This document shows, piece after piece, positions 52,201-63,068 of a stretch of DNA of 64,000 bases. Each line of letters begins with the position of its first letter. The stretch's first letter is position 1. Under the pieces are notes generated by a model that saw only the letters and a list, made by a program, of their open reading frames with translations, did no database searches and was not told where the DNA came from. Both the position numbers and the translations under genes were made by a program. The stretch is from Mobula hypostoma (lineage: Eukaryota). The DNA is taken from contig NC_086097.1 in the NCBI RefSeq assembly GCF_963921235.1, positions 139,750,001-139,814,000 on the forward strand. Reading direction: 5' to 3'.

Positions 52201-53956
52201 TTATGGTGTTATGGTGGGCAAGCATATGGTTATGGAGTTATGATGGGACAGAGGCGTGGGTTATGGTGGCACAAGTGTGTGATTATGCTGGGAGTGTGGT
52301 ATGGATGTGTATGGTGAGACTCGGTATGGGCTGTGGTGGGTCAGGGTTCTGGGTTATGTTTGGACAGAACTCCGCGTTATGGTGTGACAGGGGTGTGGAT
52401 ATTGGTGTTACAGTGGGGCAGGTGTGTGGAGGCCAGGGGACTGTGGGTCATGGGAATGATTAGGCAGGTTTTCTATGGTAAAGCGTCCTAGATGGAGCTG
52501 GGAGGGTGGTTGAACTAATTGTGCCGTTGATAAAAGTCATTAAAGTGTTACAGGTCTGCTCTTGGGATGAGTGAGTGGTTGCAGCTTTATTTCAGAGGTT
52601 GTGAGAGTGCTGACTGCGGGGGAGTTGACCGAAGCCCAGGGAGAGAGAAGCACACTGTGCGATTATCAGTCTGAGAAGTGCTTTTGGGCAAGGTCCCGTC
52701 TCTGGCCTTTGTGAAGGTATAATGGACTTTCTGGCACATTAGCACTGTGCAAAATGTGGTAAAGATGTGCTGCAAATGAAGCTAATTGACTTCTCTTTAT
52801 TTGGCATCGCTGTTAGTGGTGGACTGAGTTCCAGTGATGGATGACGCTGCTGACCTTCATTAACCTTTCACTTGTGCTTTGCACGGAAGTGTCGGCCGCT
52901 GCACCGATCTGCCAATAGGACCGTTATGTGTGAGTTGTCCAGGTGTTGGGCAGGAGTGTGCGCTGTCTCCTACTCATCACCTTCATCTTGCACGGGTCCC
53001 ATCCTGAAACATTCAGTCTGTCCAGGAAAGCCTCGGAAAGAGGATTCCCTAAGGCTGCCCCCACAGAGGGGGATTGAAGGGGGTTACCCAACACTGATCA
53101 GATTCCCTGCAGCTTCACTCCGCCTGCTGTGGAACATCCTTTCTCTCGCAGGTGGGTCAAGTTTCCTATCGGCAGCTGTCGTGATGCCGCCTGCTGCCAC
53201 AGGAGGACAACTCGGCTTAGAGGGATGAACAACCAGAAACTAGAGTTGCAGGGGCATAGGAACCGGAGTATCAGAACAGATAGCGGAGTGGTTCTGGAGA
53301 AGGGTATCGTTGAGCCTACATACCAAGTCAGGAATCACAAGGTCGGGCACAGTCGGACTAACGTTCTGAGTTGCGTTTATTTCAATGCAAGGGGAATTGT
53401 AGGAAGGGCGGATGAGTTCAGGTATGGATCCGTGTGTGGAATTATGACACTGTAGCCATTAGTGAGACTTGGTTGCAGGAGGGGCGGGACTGGCAGGACA
53501 TTGTTCCGGGGTTCCATTGTTATAGAAATGACAGAGTGGATGGGATTAAAGGGGAAGGGGTGGCATTACTAGTCAGGGAAAATGTCCCTGCACTGCTCAG
53601 TCAGGACAGGCTGGAGAGCTCGTCCAGTGAAGCTTTATGGGTAGAAATGAGGAATAAGAAAGGTTCGACCACGTTAATAGGATTATATTACAGACCACCA
53701 AACAGTCGGCAAGATTTAGGGGAGCAGATTTGTAGAGTGATCGCAAACTGTTGCAGAAAACATAAGGTGATAGTAGGTGATTTTAACTTTCCACATATTG
53801 ACTCTCATACTGTGAAACAGCTGGATAGGAAAGAGTTTGTCAAATGTGTTCGGGAAAGTTTCCTAATCAGTACATAGAAGACCCAACTGGAGAGAGTGCG
53901 ATACTAGATCTTCTATAGGGGATGAGACAGGACAGGTGACAGATATTTGTGTAGGG

Positions 53957-54027
53957 CAGGAGTTCTCAGCCTGGAGTCCATGGATCCCTTACTTAATGGC
54001 ATTGGTCCATGGCATAAAAAAAACCTG
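53957..54027. mobile_element. hAT-like MITE inside the CR1
   Basis: CAGG...CCTG ends; imperfect 8-bp TSD gtgtaggg / gtgcagga. Confidence 0.6.
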
Positions 54028-56119
54028 GTGCAGGAGAACACTTGGCATCTGGCGATCATAATGCCGGTAGTTTTAAGGCAATTACGGAAAAGAATAGGTC
54101 TGGTCCTAGGGTCGAGATTCTAAATTGGAGAAAGGCCAATTTTGATGGTATCTGGCAAGTGTGGATTGGGACAGGTTGTTTTCTGGCAAAGGTGTACTTG
54201 GTAAGTGAGAGGCCTTCAGAAGTGAAAGTTTGAGAGTACAGAGTTCGTATGTTCCTATCAGAATAAAAGGCAAGGAAAATGGGTTTAGGGAACCTTGGTT
54301 TTCAAGAGATATTGAGACCCGGGTTAAGAAAAAGAGGTGCAGAACAGGTATAGACAGGCAGGAACAAATGGGGTACTTAAGAAATGAAGGAGAATACCTA
54401 AGAAGGAAATCAGGAGGGCTAAAAGAAGGTGTGGGGTTGCTCCAGCAGACAAGGTGAAGCAGGATCCGAAGAGCTTCTGCAGATACCTACGTTAAGAGAA
54501 AAAGGATAGCAAGGGACAAAATTGGTCTTCTGGAAGATCAGAGTGGTAATCTATGCGTGGAGCCGAAAGATATGGGGAGGATTTTAAATGGATTGTTTGC
54601 ATCTGCATTTACTCAGGAGATGGACACAAAGTCTATAGAAGTGAGGCAACACAGCAGCGAGGTCATGGACCCAATACAGAGGAGGAGGTGTTTGCTGTCT
54701 TGAGGCAATTTAGGGTGGATAAGTCAATCCCCAGAGCCTGTGGGAAATAGTGCAGAAATTGCAGAGGCCCTAGAGGAGATACTTAAAGTATCTTTAGCCA
54801 CGGATGAGGTGCTGGAGGACTTGAGGATGTTGTGTATTTAAGATTTCAATAATATTTGAATGACTTTGCATATATATTGTTTGATTAAGGATTCTTGTTT
54901 GTTTAAATCATTCATTATTAGTTATATGTAAAAAATCTTTAATTACCTACATTATCATGCTAGCATGTGATACATTCGCTCCTCACTTAAAGTAAACTCA
55001 AAGTCAGACCTGCCTTTCAGAATCCTGTGTCTTCTTTTGAACTAGTTTAATGTTTTGAAAAACAAAACATAATTTTAAAATTGAACCTGAGATGGCTACT
55101 GATCCTTTCAAGTGCAACAAGAAGTTCAAACTAAAGGAAAACAGAGTGAGTGATAAATGCAGCCCTGCATGTACAAAAGCATTGAGTTAAGAAAATGCTG
55201 TAAACAGAAGAATTCAGGGTTTATAAAGAGTGAGTACCAGTGATAATAATAATAAAAAAAGAGCAGAAATGTCTGGCTGCATCAGAAAAATTGATGAGTT
55301 TGCTTCCACAACGGGTAATTGGCTCCTGTATATTGAGCTATTGGAACAGTATTTTGAAGCAAACGAAATAGCCAATGAAAGGCGAGTACCAATTTTGCTA
55401 AGTGCATTGGGTTTAAAGGCATACAGTTTGAAGTTTGACTGCTCCAACCATACCATCCGAAATTAGCTTTGCTGCTATTGTCAAAGTAATGTAGGAACAC
55501 TTAGAACCAAAGCTATTCTTGACTGCAGAACACTCTAGGTTTCATAAACAGAATCAAAAAGGAGAGTCCATTTCGGTGTACATGGCTGAATTGAAGAGGT
55601 TGTCTGAGCATTGTCATTTTGGTAATGGGCTTAATGAGACACTGAGAGATCATTTAGTTTCCAGGATCTTAAAAGAAAGCATTCGAAAATGGCTCCTATC
55701 TGAAGCATAGCTTACATTCAAATGAGCAGGGGAAATCGCTATTTCAATGTAAACCACAGTGTTGCAGTCAGGAATGAAAGAGCATGAACAAAATTACAGC
55801 TTCTGAACAGAAACCAGCCTCACTGAACAAATTGTGTTACTCTTGTGGCAGGTGCCCTCGTTCACCAATCAAATGCAGATTTAAACATGAAATTTGCAAA
55901 AAAAAAAGCAACAAAATAGAACACATGCAAAGAGCATGTTGGGTAGACAAAGACAAATGGAGTGCTCAGGGAAGAGAAAAAGCTTAAATGCCAAGTTGCA
56001 GTTTTAAAAAGAGCACTAATCTGCACACGGTTGATGAAAAAATCTGATAACGGTGAGAATAATGCAAGACTATGTAGCCTTGAGGTTTACAGTGTGAAAC
56101 GTAACAATAGACAAGCGTA

Positions 56120-56336
56120 AACAACAGGAATACTGCAGATGCTGGAAATTCAAGCAACACACATAAAAGTTGCTGGTGAACACAGCAGGCCAGGCAGCAT
56201 CTCTAGGAAGAGGTGCAGTCGACGTTTCAGGGCGAGACCCTTCGTCAGGAAGGGTCTCGCCCTGAAACGTCGACTGCACCTCTTCCTAGAGATGCTGCCT
56301 GGCCTGCTGCGTTCACCAGCAACTTTTATGTGTGTT
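56120..56336. mobile_element. Palindromic Penelope-derived insertion with 14-bp TSD and hammerhead-ribozyme motif
   Basis: aatagacaagcgta at 56106-56119 and 56337-56350; near-perfect inverted arms; minus strand CTGACGA-AGGG-TCTCG-CCCT-GAA-ACGT-C-GACTG. Confidence 0.85.
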
Positions 56337-56774
56337 AATAGACAAGCGTAGTGGTTTACACCAGAAGTGTACGGCAAATTAAGTAAAATGGAATTGGACA
56401 CTAGCTCAGCTGTTTTAGTCGTTCCACAAAATAAGTTTGAGAGGCATTTCAAAGATACTGAACTGAAGTCTGCAGATATCCAACGAAGAATATATACTGA
56501 CAAAAAGATAACTCCTGTGGGAATGACATTGGTAACAGTGAAATATAACAATCAATAAGCCACATTGGAATTGTATGTGGTAAAAACAGAAGGACCAGCA
56601 TTGTGGCATGTGATTAGTTGAGACAACGGCAATTTGATTGGCGATCCATCTATCAATTGCATGCCATATTCCCTGCAATGAAGTCAACTGAAGGTGAATT
56701 GAGAAAGGTACTGGATGATGCTGCAACCATCTCCACGCTGTACACCATGGACCATTACCCAACAGAGAACAAAC

Positions 56775-57375
56775 AGGTGTTGGTGCCAACTTCTGCGTCT
56801 CTGGTTGGAAAGCATCTTGGACCAAAGAAGGACCATGATGTTCAAAGGAGTTGCAGAAGTGATGAAAGCTGTGGTCCGACGACAACAGTTTTTGTAGGCA
56901 ACGTATTTGAGAAAGCTTTTGATATGTTAATCAGCCAGTTCCTTTCAAAATGTGGCTTGGTTTTAAAATGGAAGAGAGTTCAAAGTCCTTCAGGAAAGCT
57001 GCAAGCATTCAGCTTTTGTGAGTACGTATTAAGAACCAGAATCTTGTAAAAGTAGATGTAAAGATGCACAGCTGGATGAATGGATGGCCAAAAAGAAATA
57101 AGTCAATAGAACAAAGAAAACAGAAGATTTGTCAGATGATATTGTGGATGAGGAAACCAAGAGGAGAGATCAAATCTAAAAGGGAGCAATGGGAGGATTA
57201 AAAAGAGAATACTGCAGTAAGCTAAATAGACCTTCCCAAGATCAAGATGCACACACTGGATGAAGAACAGAGAGGGAAGAGATGGAGAGAAAGAATGTGA
57301 ATGAGAAAGAGAATGGTGCGAAGGAGAAAAGGAACATGAGAAAGAAAAAGGGATCGAATTAGATCCAGAGAAAGA
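56775..57375 (+). pseudogene. RBM25: Processed RBM25 fragment captured inside the LTR element
   Basis: VLVPT..VGKHLGPKKDH..CGPTTTVFVGNVFEKAFDMLISQFLSKCGLVLKWKRVQSPSGKLQAFSFCEY, then shifted-frame EPES, LVKVD, QLDEWMAKKK, DEETKRRDQ, KGAM..REYCSKLN and an R/E-rich tract; frameshifts, stops and deletions; no introns. Confidence 0.88.
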
Positions 57376-58089
57376 AAAGATGAAGAAAGGTGTCCAGAGC
57401 TGGCAGAACTGCTTACTGCAATCTCAGAACCAACTACTACAACTATGGAGGAGGCCCCAGAACCTGAGATTGTCTTCACAGCCACAAATCTCATCTGTCA
57501 AGCAGTCTGATCCCACAAGAGGAAGAAATCCTCCACAGCAATTAAATCTTTCAGCCTGAATGGGACAATTTAAAATTTACTATGCTACTCTATATATATA
57601 TATATAGTAGTTGTACTATGCAGTCTACTATATATAATTGGGATGTATTCTCTATTCAGTTGAATTTATAGTTAAGCAGGGAGGAGTGTTGTGTATTTAA
57701 TATTTCAATAATATCTGAGTGATCTAGTATACATATTTTTGATTAAGCATTCTTGTTTATTTTAATAATTCATTTTGGGCTATATGCAAAAATACGTTAA
57801 TTGAATATGTCATCACGCTACCACATCATACATGTGCGCCTCACTTAAAATAAACTTGAAGTTAAACTTGTATGTTGGACTCCCATGTCTCCTTTTGAAT
57901 AAGTCTAATGTTTTGAAGTACAAAACATAATAGAGAATAGCTAATGTTTTTTCCATTATTTAAGAAAGGCTCTAAGAATAATCCAAGATATTTTAGGCTG
58001 GTGAGCCTGACGTCAGCAGTGGGGAAGTTATTGGAAGGTGTTCTAAGAGACCAGATATATAAGTATTTGAATAGACAGGGACTAATTAG

Positions 58090-58245
58090 TAAATGATGAA
58101 GGGTCTGGCCTGTCCTGATGTAGGGTCTCAGCCCGAAACGCCGACTGTTTATTCTTTTCCATAGATGCTGCCTGGTCTGCTGAGTTCCTCCAATATTTTG
58201 TGTGTGTTGCTTTGGATCTCCAGCATCTGCAGATTATTTTATGTT
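58090..58245 (+). mobile_element. Penelope-derived fragment with degenerate hammerhead motif
   Basis: gtcCTGATGTagggtctcagcccGAAAcgccgactg followed by gatgctgcctggtctgctgagttcctcc; ttag on both sides. Confidence 0.7.
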
Positions 58246-58417
58246 AGGGATAGCCAACGTGGCTTTGTGCATGGAAGTTATGTCTAACCAATATTATAGA
58301 GTTTTCCGAGGAAGTTACCATGAAAGTTGATGAAGGCAAAGTAATGGACGTTGTCTACAAGGCCTTTGATAAGGTCCCACATGGAAGGTTGGCAAGAAAG
58401 TTTATTCACTTAGTATT

Positions 58418-59569
58418 CAGAATCAGAATCACCGGCATGTGACATGAAATTTGTTAACTTAGCAGCAGCAGTTCAATGCAATACATAATCCAGCAGAGAA
58501 AAAAAAGCATTAAAAAAAAGTAAATCAATTACGTATATTGAATAGATTAAAAAACGTGCAAAAACAGAAATACTGTATATTAAAAAAGAAGTGAGGTAGT
58601 GTCCAAAGCTTCAATGTCTATTTAGGAATCGGATGGCAGAGGGGAAGAAGCTGTTCCTGAATCACAGAGTGTGTGACTTCAGGCTTCTGTATCTCCTGCC
58701 TGATGGTAACAGTGAGAAAAGGGCATGCTCTGGGTGCTGGGGTTCCTTAATAATGGATGCTGCCTTTCTGAGACACTGCTCCCTAAAGAAGTTCAGGGTA
58801 CTTTGTAGACTAATGCCCAAAATGGAGCTGACTAGATTTACAACCTTCTGCAGCTTCTTTTGGTCCTGTGCAGTAGCCCCTCCATATCAGACAGTGATGC
58901 AGCCTGTCAGAATGCTCTCCATGATACATCTATAGAAGTTTTTGAGTTATTTGTTGACATACCAAATCTCTTCAAACTCCTAATGAAGTATAGCCTTTAG
59001 ATCCTCAGAGATCTTGACACCCAGGAACTTGAAGCTGCTCACTCTCTCCACTTCTGATCCCTCTATGAGGATTGGTATGTGTTCCTTCATCTTGCCCTTC
59101 CTGAAGTCCACAATCAGTTCTTTCGTCTTACTGACGTTGAGTGCCAGGTTGTTACTGCGGCACCATTCCACTAGTTGGCATATCTCGCTCCTGTACACCC
59201 TCTCATCACCACTTGAGATTCTACCAACAATGGTTGTATCATCAGCAAATTTGTAGATGGTATTTGAGCTATGTCTAGCCACACAGTCATGTGTATACAG
59301 AGAGTAGAGCAGTGGGCTAAGCACACACCCCTGAGGTGCGCCAGTGTTGATAGTCAGTGAGGAGGATATGTTATCATCAATATGCACAGACTGTGGTCTT
59401 CCAGTTAAGAAGTCGAGGATCCAATTTCAGAGGGAGGTACAGAGGCCCAGGTTCTGTAACTTCTCAATCAGAATTGTGGAAATGATGGTATTGAACGTTG
59501 AGCTATAGTCGATGAACAGCATCCTGACGTAGGTGTTTGTGTTGTCCGGGTGGTCTAAAGCCATGTGAC
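58418..59569 (-). mobile_element. Rex1/Babar-type LINE inserted in the CR1
   Basis: [43 protein letters not shown]; (cagaat)n tail. Confidence 0.9.
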
Positions 59570-61117
59570 TTTAAGATGAGGTAATAAATTGGATGAGTCA
59601 TCAGCTTTGTAGAAGAAGTCAGAGGGTGTTTGCAGATGGTTGTCTCTCTGACTGGAGGCCTGTGACTAGTGGTGTGCCCCAGGGATTAGTGCTGGGTCTA
59701 TTGTTGTTTGGTGTCTACATCAATGACTTGGATGATCATATAGTAAACTGGAGCAGCAGATTTGCTGATGACACCAAGACTGGGGCTGTAGTGGACAGCG
59801 AGGAAGACTATCAGAGTTTGCACCAGGATCTGCATCAGCTGGAAAAATGGGCTGAAAAATGGCAGATGGCATTTAATGCAGACAAGTATGAGGTGTTGCA
59901 CATTGGGAGGACCAACCAGGGTAGGTTTTACATGGTGAGCAGTAGGGCACTGAGGAGTGTATCAGAACAGAGGGATCTGGGAATACAGATCCATAATTCC
60001 TTGAAAGTGGCATCACAGGTACGTAGATAGGGTCATAAAGAAAACTTTTGGCACATTAGCCTTCATAAGTCAGTGTACAGAGTACAGGAGTTGGGGTGTT
60101 ACGTAGAAATTGTAAAAGACATTGGTGAGGCCTAATTTGGAGTATCGTGAATGAGTGCAGAGAAAATTTACAAGGATGTTGCTGGGACTTGAGGACCTGA
60201 GTTATAGGGAAAGAGTGAACAGATTAGGACTTTATCCCCTAGAACATAGAAGATTGAGGGAAGATTTGATAGAGGTTTAGAAAACTATGAGGGGTATAGA
60301 TAGGGTAAATGCAAGTAGGGTGAGACTACAGCTGGAAGTCCTGGGTTAAGGATGAAAGGAGAAATGTTTTAGGGAACATGGGGGGGGGAATCGTCTTCAC
60401 TCAGGGTGGTGGGAGTGTGGACTGAGCTGCCAGTGTAAGTGATGGATGCAGGTTCGATTTCAACATTTAAGATGAACTTGGATAAGTACATGGATGGAAG
60501 GGATATGGGGGCTATGGTCTGGGTACGAGTCGATGGGACAAAGCAGATTAACGTTTCAGCACAGACTGTTGGGCTGAATGGTTGAGAGGGAATTCAGAAA
60601 AATCCTAAAACATTAAATGGATTTTATTGGTTGGCGAAATGGAGATAGAGTGGGAAAGGGGGAAAGAGAGAGAAAGAAAGAGAGGAAGAGAGAAGGAGAA
60701 AGAGAGTGAGATGGGGAAAGAAAGAGAGAGGGTGAGTGAGAAAGAAAAATGTGCATTTGAGATAGGGATAGATAGAGAGAGAGACACACACACAGAGGTA
60801 GAGAGACAGAAAAGATATAGCTTTCGAGATGGCGTGTCTTTACTCCAGTCACATGTTCAAAACACCAATGTAGTTGGAAGCACTGCATTTTGGAGCCTTG
60901 AAACCCGGGAGAGTAAATCCAGAACTCTGTCCCCTGTGGATAAGTGGGTAGATTATTCCTGGATGAATCTGCAGGGTCACTCAAGAACTGAAGCTGCAGC
61001 AGTGAGCCCCATTCCTGATTTCTCTCTGTTTGATTTGATGTTGCAGCTTCTTTCACACTGACACTAATAAATGAGATGATACCCTCTACAGCACCTGGTC
61101 AGGCATCTGAGATATTG

Positions 61118-61530
61118 TGGGACGGACGGTACGGAGGGGGTCTCGCACCGTGGGACGGACGGTACGGAGGGGGTCTCTCACCATGGGACGGACGGTATGG
61201 AGGGGGTGTCGCACCGTGGGACGGACGGTACGGAGGGGGTCTCTCACCATGGGACGGACGGTACTGAGGGAGGGTCACACCGTGGGAGGGACGGTACTGA
61301 GGGAGTATCACACTGTGGGACGTAGTAGTACTGATGGAGTGTCACACTGTGGGATGGACAGTACTGAGGGAGTGTCACACTGTGGGATGGACAGTACTGA
61401 GGGAGGGTCACACTGTGGGATGGACAGTACTGAGGGAGTGTCACACTGTGGGACGTAGTAGTACTGAGGGAGGGTCACACTGTGGGATAGATAGTACTGA
61501 AGGAGTGTCACAGAGTGGGATGGACTGTAG
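61118..61530. repeat. 33-bp minisatellite, ~12 copies
   Basis: tgggacggacggtacggagggggtctcgcaccg grading into tgggatggacagtactgagggagtgtcacactg. Confidence 0.9.
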
Positions 61531-61534
61531 TGGA

Positions 61535-62700
61535 TACTCCATACCAGATGGTGAATCAACCAGTTTGAATACCCTCCTTGGTACGTCTGTAGAAATTTCT
61601 GAGTTGTTGGTGACGTACCAAGTCTCCTCAGACTCCTAGTGAAATGTAGCCATTGTTGTTCCTTTTTTGGAATTGCATCATTATGTCGGGCCCAGGATAG
61701 TTACTCAGAGATGCTTACCGTGAACTTGAAGCTGCCCACACTCTCCACTACTGATCCCTCGATGAAGATTGATGTGCCTCCCCTCAATTTCCCCTTCCTG
61801 AGGTCCACAGTCAATTCCTTGGTATTCTTTCAGTGCTAAGTTTTTAGTTGCGACACCACTCAACCAGCTGAACTATATCACCCCTGAATGCCTCCTTAGC
61901 ACCATCTGAAATTGTGCTAGCTTTAGTATTGGGACCACCAAACTAGCACATTTATTTGATTAGATTAGATTAGATTATGAGGACATGCAGTCCTCTTTTA
62001 TTGTCATTTAGTAATGCATGCATTAAGAAATGATACAATGTTTTTCCAGAATGATTTCATGAAAACACATGACAAACCAACTTAAAAACTAACAAAAACC
62101 ACATAATCGTAACATATAGTTACAACAGTGTAATTTGATAAGAACAGACCATGGCATGGTAAAGTCTCAAAGTCTCTTGAAAGTCCCATCATCTCACGCA
62201 GACAGTAAACCTCCAGCACCGCCAACTTGTCGATGCAGCATCCTGGAAGCATCCGCCCACAGTCCGACTCCGAGTCCGTCCGAAAATCTCCGAGCCTCCG
62301 ACCACCTCTTCAACTCCAAGCACCATCTCTGACCAGCGCTTCGACCCTGGCCCCAGCATCAAGCAATAGGCAAAGCCGAGGATTTGGGGCCTTCGTCTCC
62401 GGAGATTCTCGATCACACAGTAGCAGCAACAGCGAAGCAGGCATTTCAGAAGTTACTCCAGGTGTTCCTCTGCGCTTCTCACAGCTGTCTCCATCAAATC
62501 TGGATTGTGCACGGCACCCTAGTTACACATATCGATATTCATTCGGAATGGCCGCGCACACTGCGTCACACCGCCATCTTCTCCTCCCTCCTTAGATTCG
62601 GGTAGGTTTATAGATGACTTTTGAGCTGTGCCTAGCCTCACAGTCATTGGTGTGGCGAGAGTAGAGCAGTCGTGAAATCTGCAACCTTGTGTTGTGCAGT
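61535..62700 (-). mobile_element. Rex1/Babar-type LINE fragment with a second insertion (about 61960-62595)
   Basis: Similar to 58900-59340; insert begins with (ttaga)n and ends ttagatt. Confidence 0.7.
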
Positions 62701-62764
62701 GTTGTAAACTAATAAAATCACATCTACCCAACTTTGCTACTTACATACATTAGTAGGAGGAGAT

Positions 62765-63068
62765 ATTTATTTATTTATATTTATTGAGGTATAATGCATA
62801 GGTCCTTCTGGCCATTCACACCATGCCAGCCAGCAATCCCCCTCATTTAACCCTAGCTAATCCACTGGATAAATGGCCTGCCCAGTTAGCCTTCTCACAG
62901 GTACATCTTTAGACTGTGAGAGGAAACCAGAATACCTGGAGGAAACCCATACAGTCACGGGGAGAATGTTCAAACTCCTTACAGGCAGTGGTGGGAATTG
63001 AACCCTGGTTCTCTGTACTGTGAACTGTGAGGCTTATAGTGCTAACCACTACACTACCGTGCTGCCTC
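62765..63068 (-). mobile_element. V-SINE/HE1-like SINE
   Basis: Reverse-complemented core ggagtttgaacattctccccgtgactgtatgggtttcctcc and head gcacggtagtgtagtggttagcac. Confidence 0.75.

Larger units (their letters stand above)
54828..57932 (+). mobile_element. Non-autonomous Gypsy-type LTR retrotransposon
   Basis: LTRs 54828-55072 and 57687-57932 (tgttgtgtatttaa...aaaacataa); polypurine tract aagcagggaggag before the 3' LTR; imperfect 5-bp TSD gagga/gagaa; decayed gag (WLLYIELLEQYFEAN), Zn-knuckle remnants, protease MELDTS; no RT/RNaseH/integrase core. Confidence 0.9.
53150..60580 (+). mobile_element. Near full-length decayed CR1-type LINE ORF2 (APE endonuclease + RT), host of several nested insertions
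   Basis: YFNARG, VAISETWL, GLYYRPP, VGDFNFP endonuclease motifs (53370-53880); SGVPQGLVLG, FADDTK RT motifs (59600-60030); 3' tail at ~60570. Confidence 0.92.

Noticed and set aside
49699..52463. Many long overlapping ORFs (MDYGGSGVWIMVGQ...)
   Set aside because: Translation of a stop-poor 23-bp satellite in all three frames.
56618..57049. Functional RBM25 gene
   Set aside because: Partial, intronless, frameshifted with stops, and embedded between LTRs.
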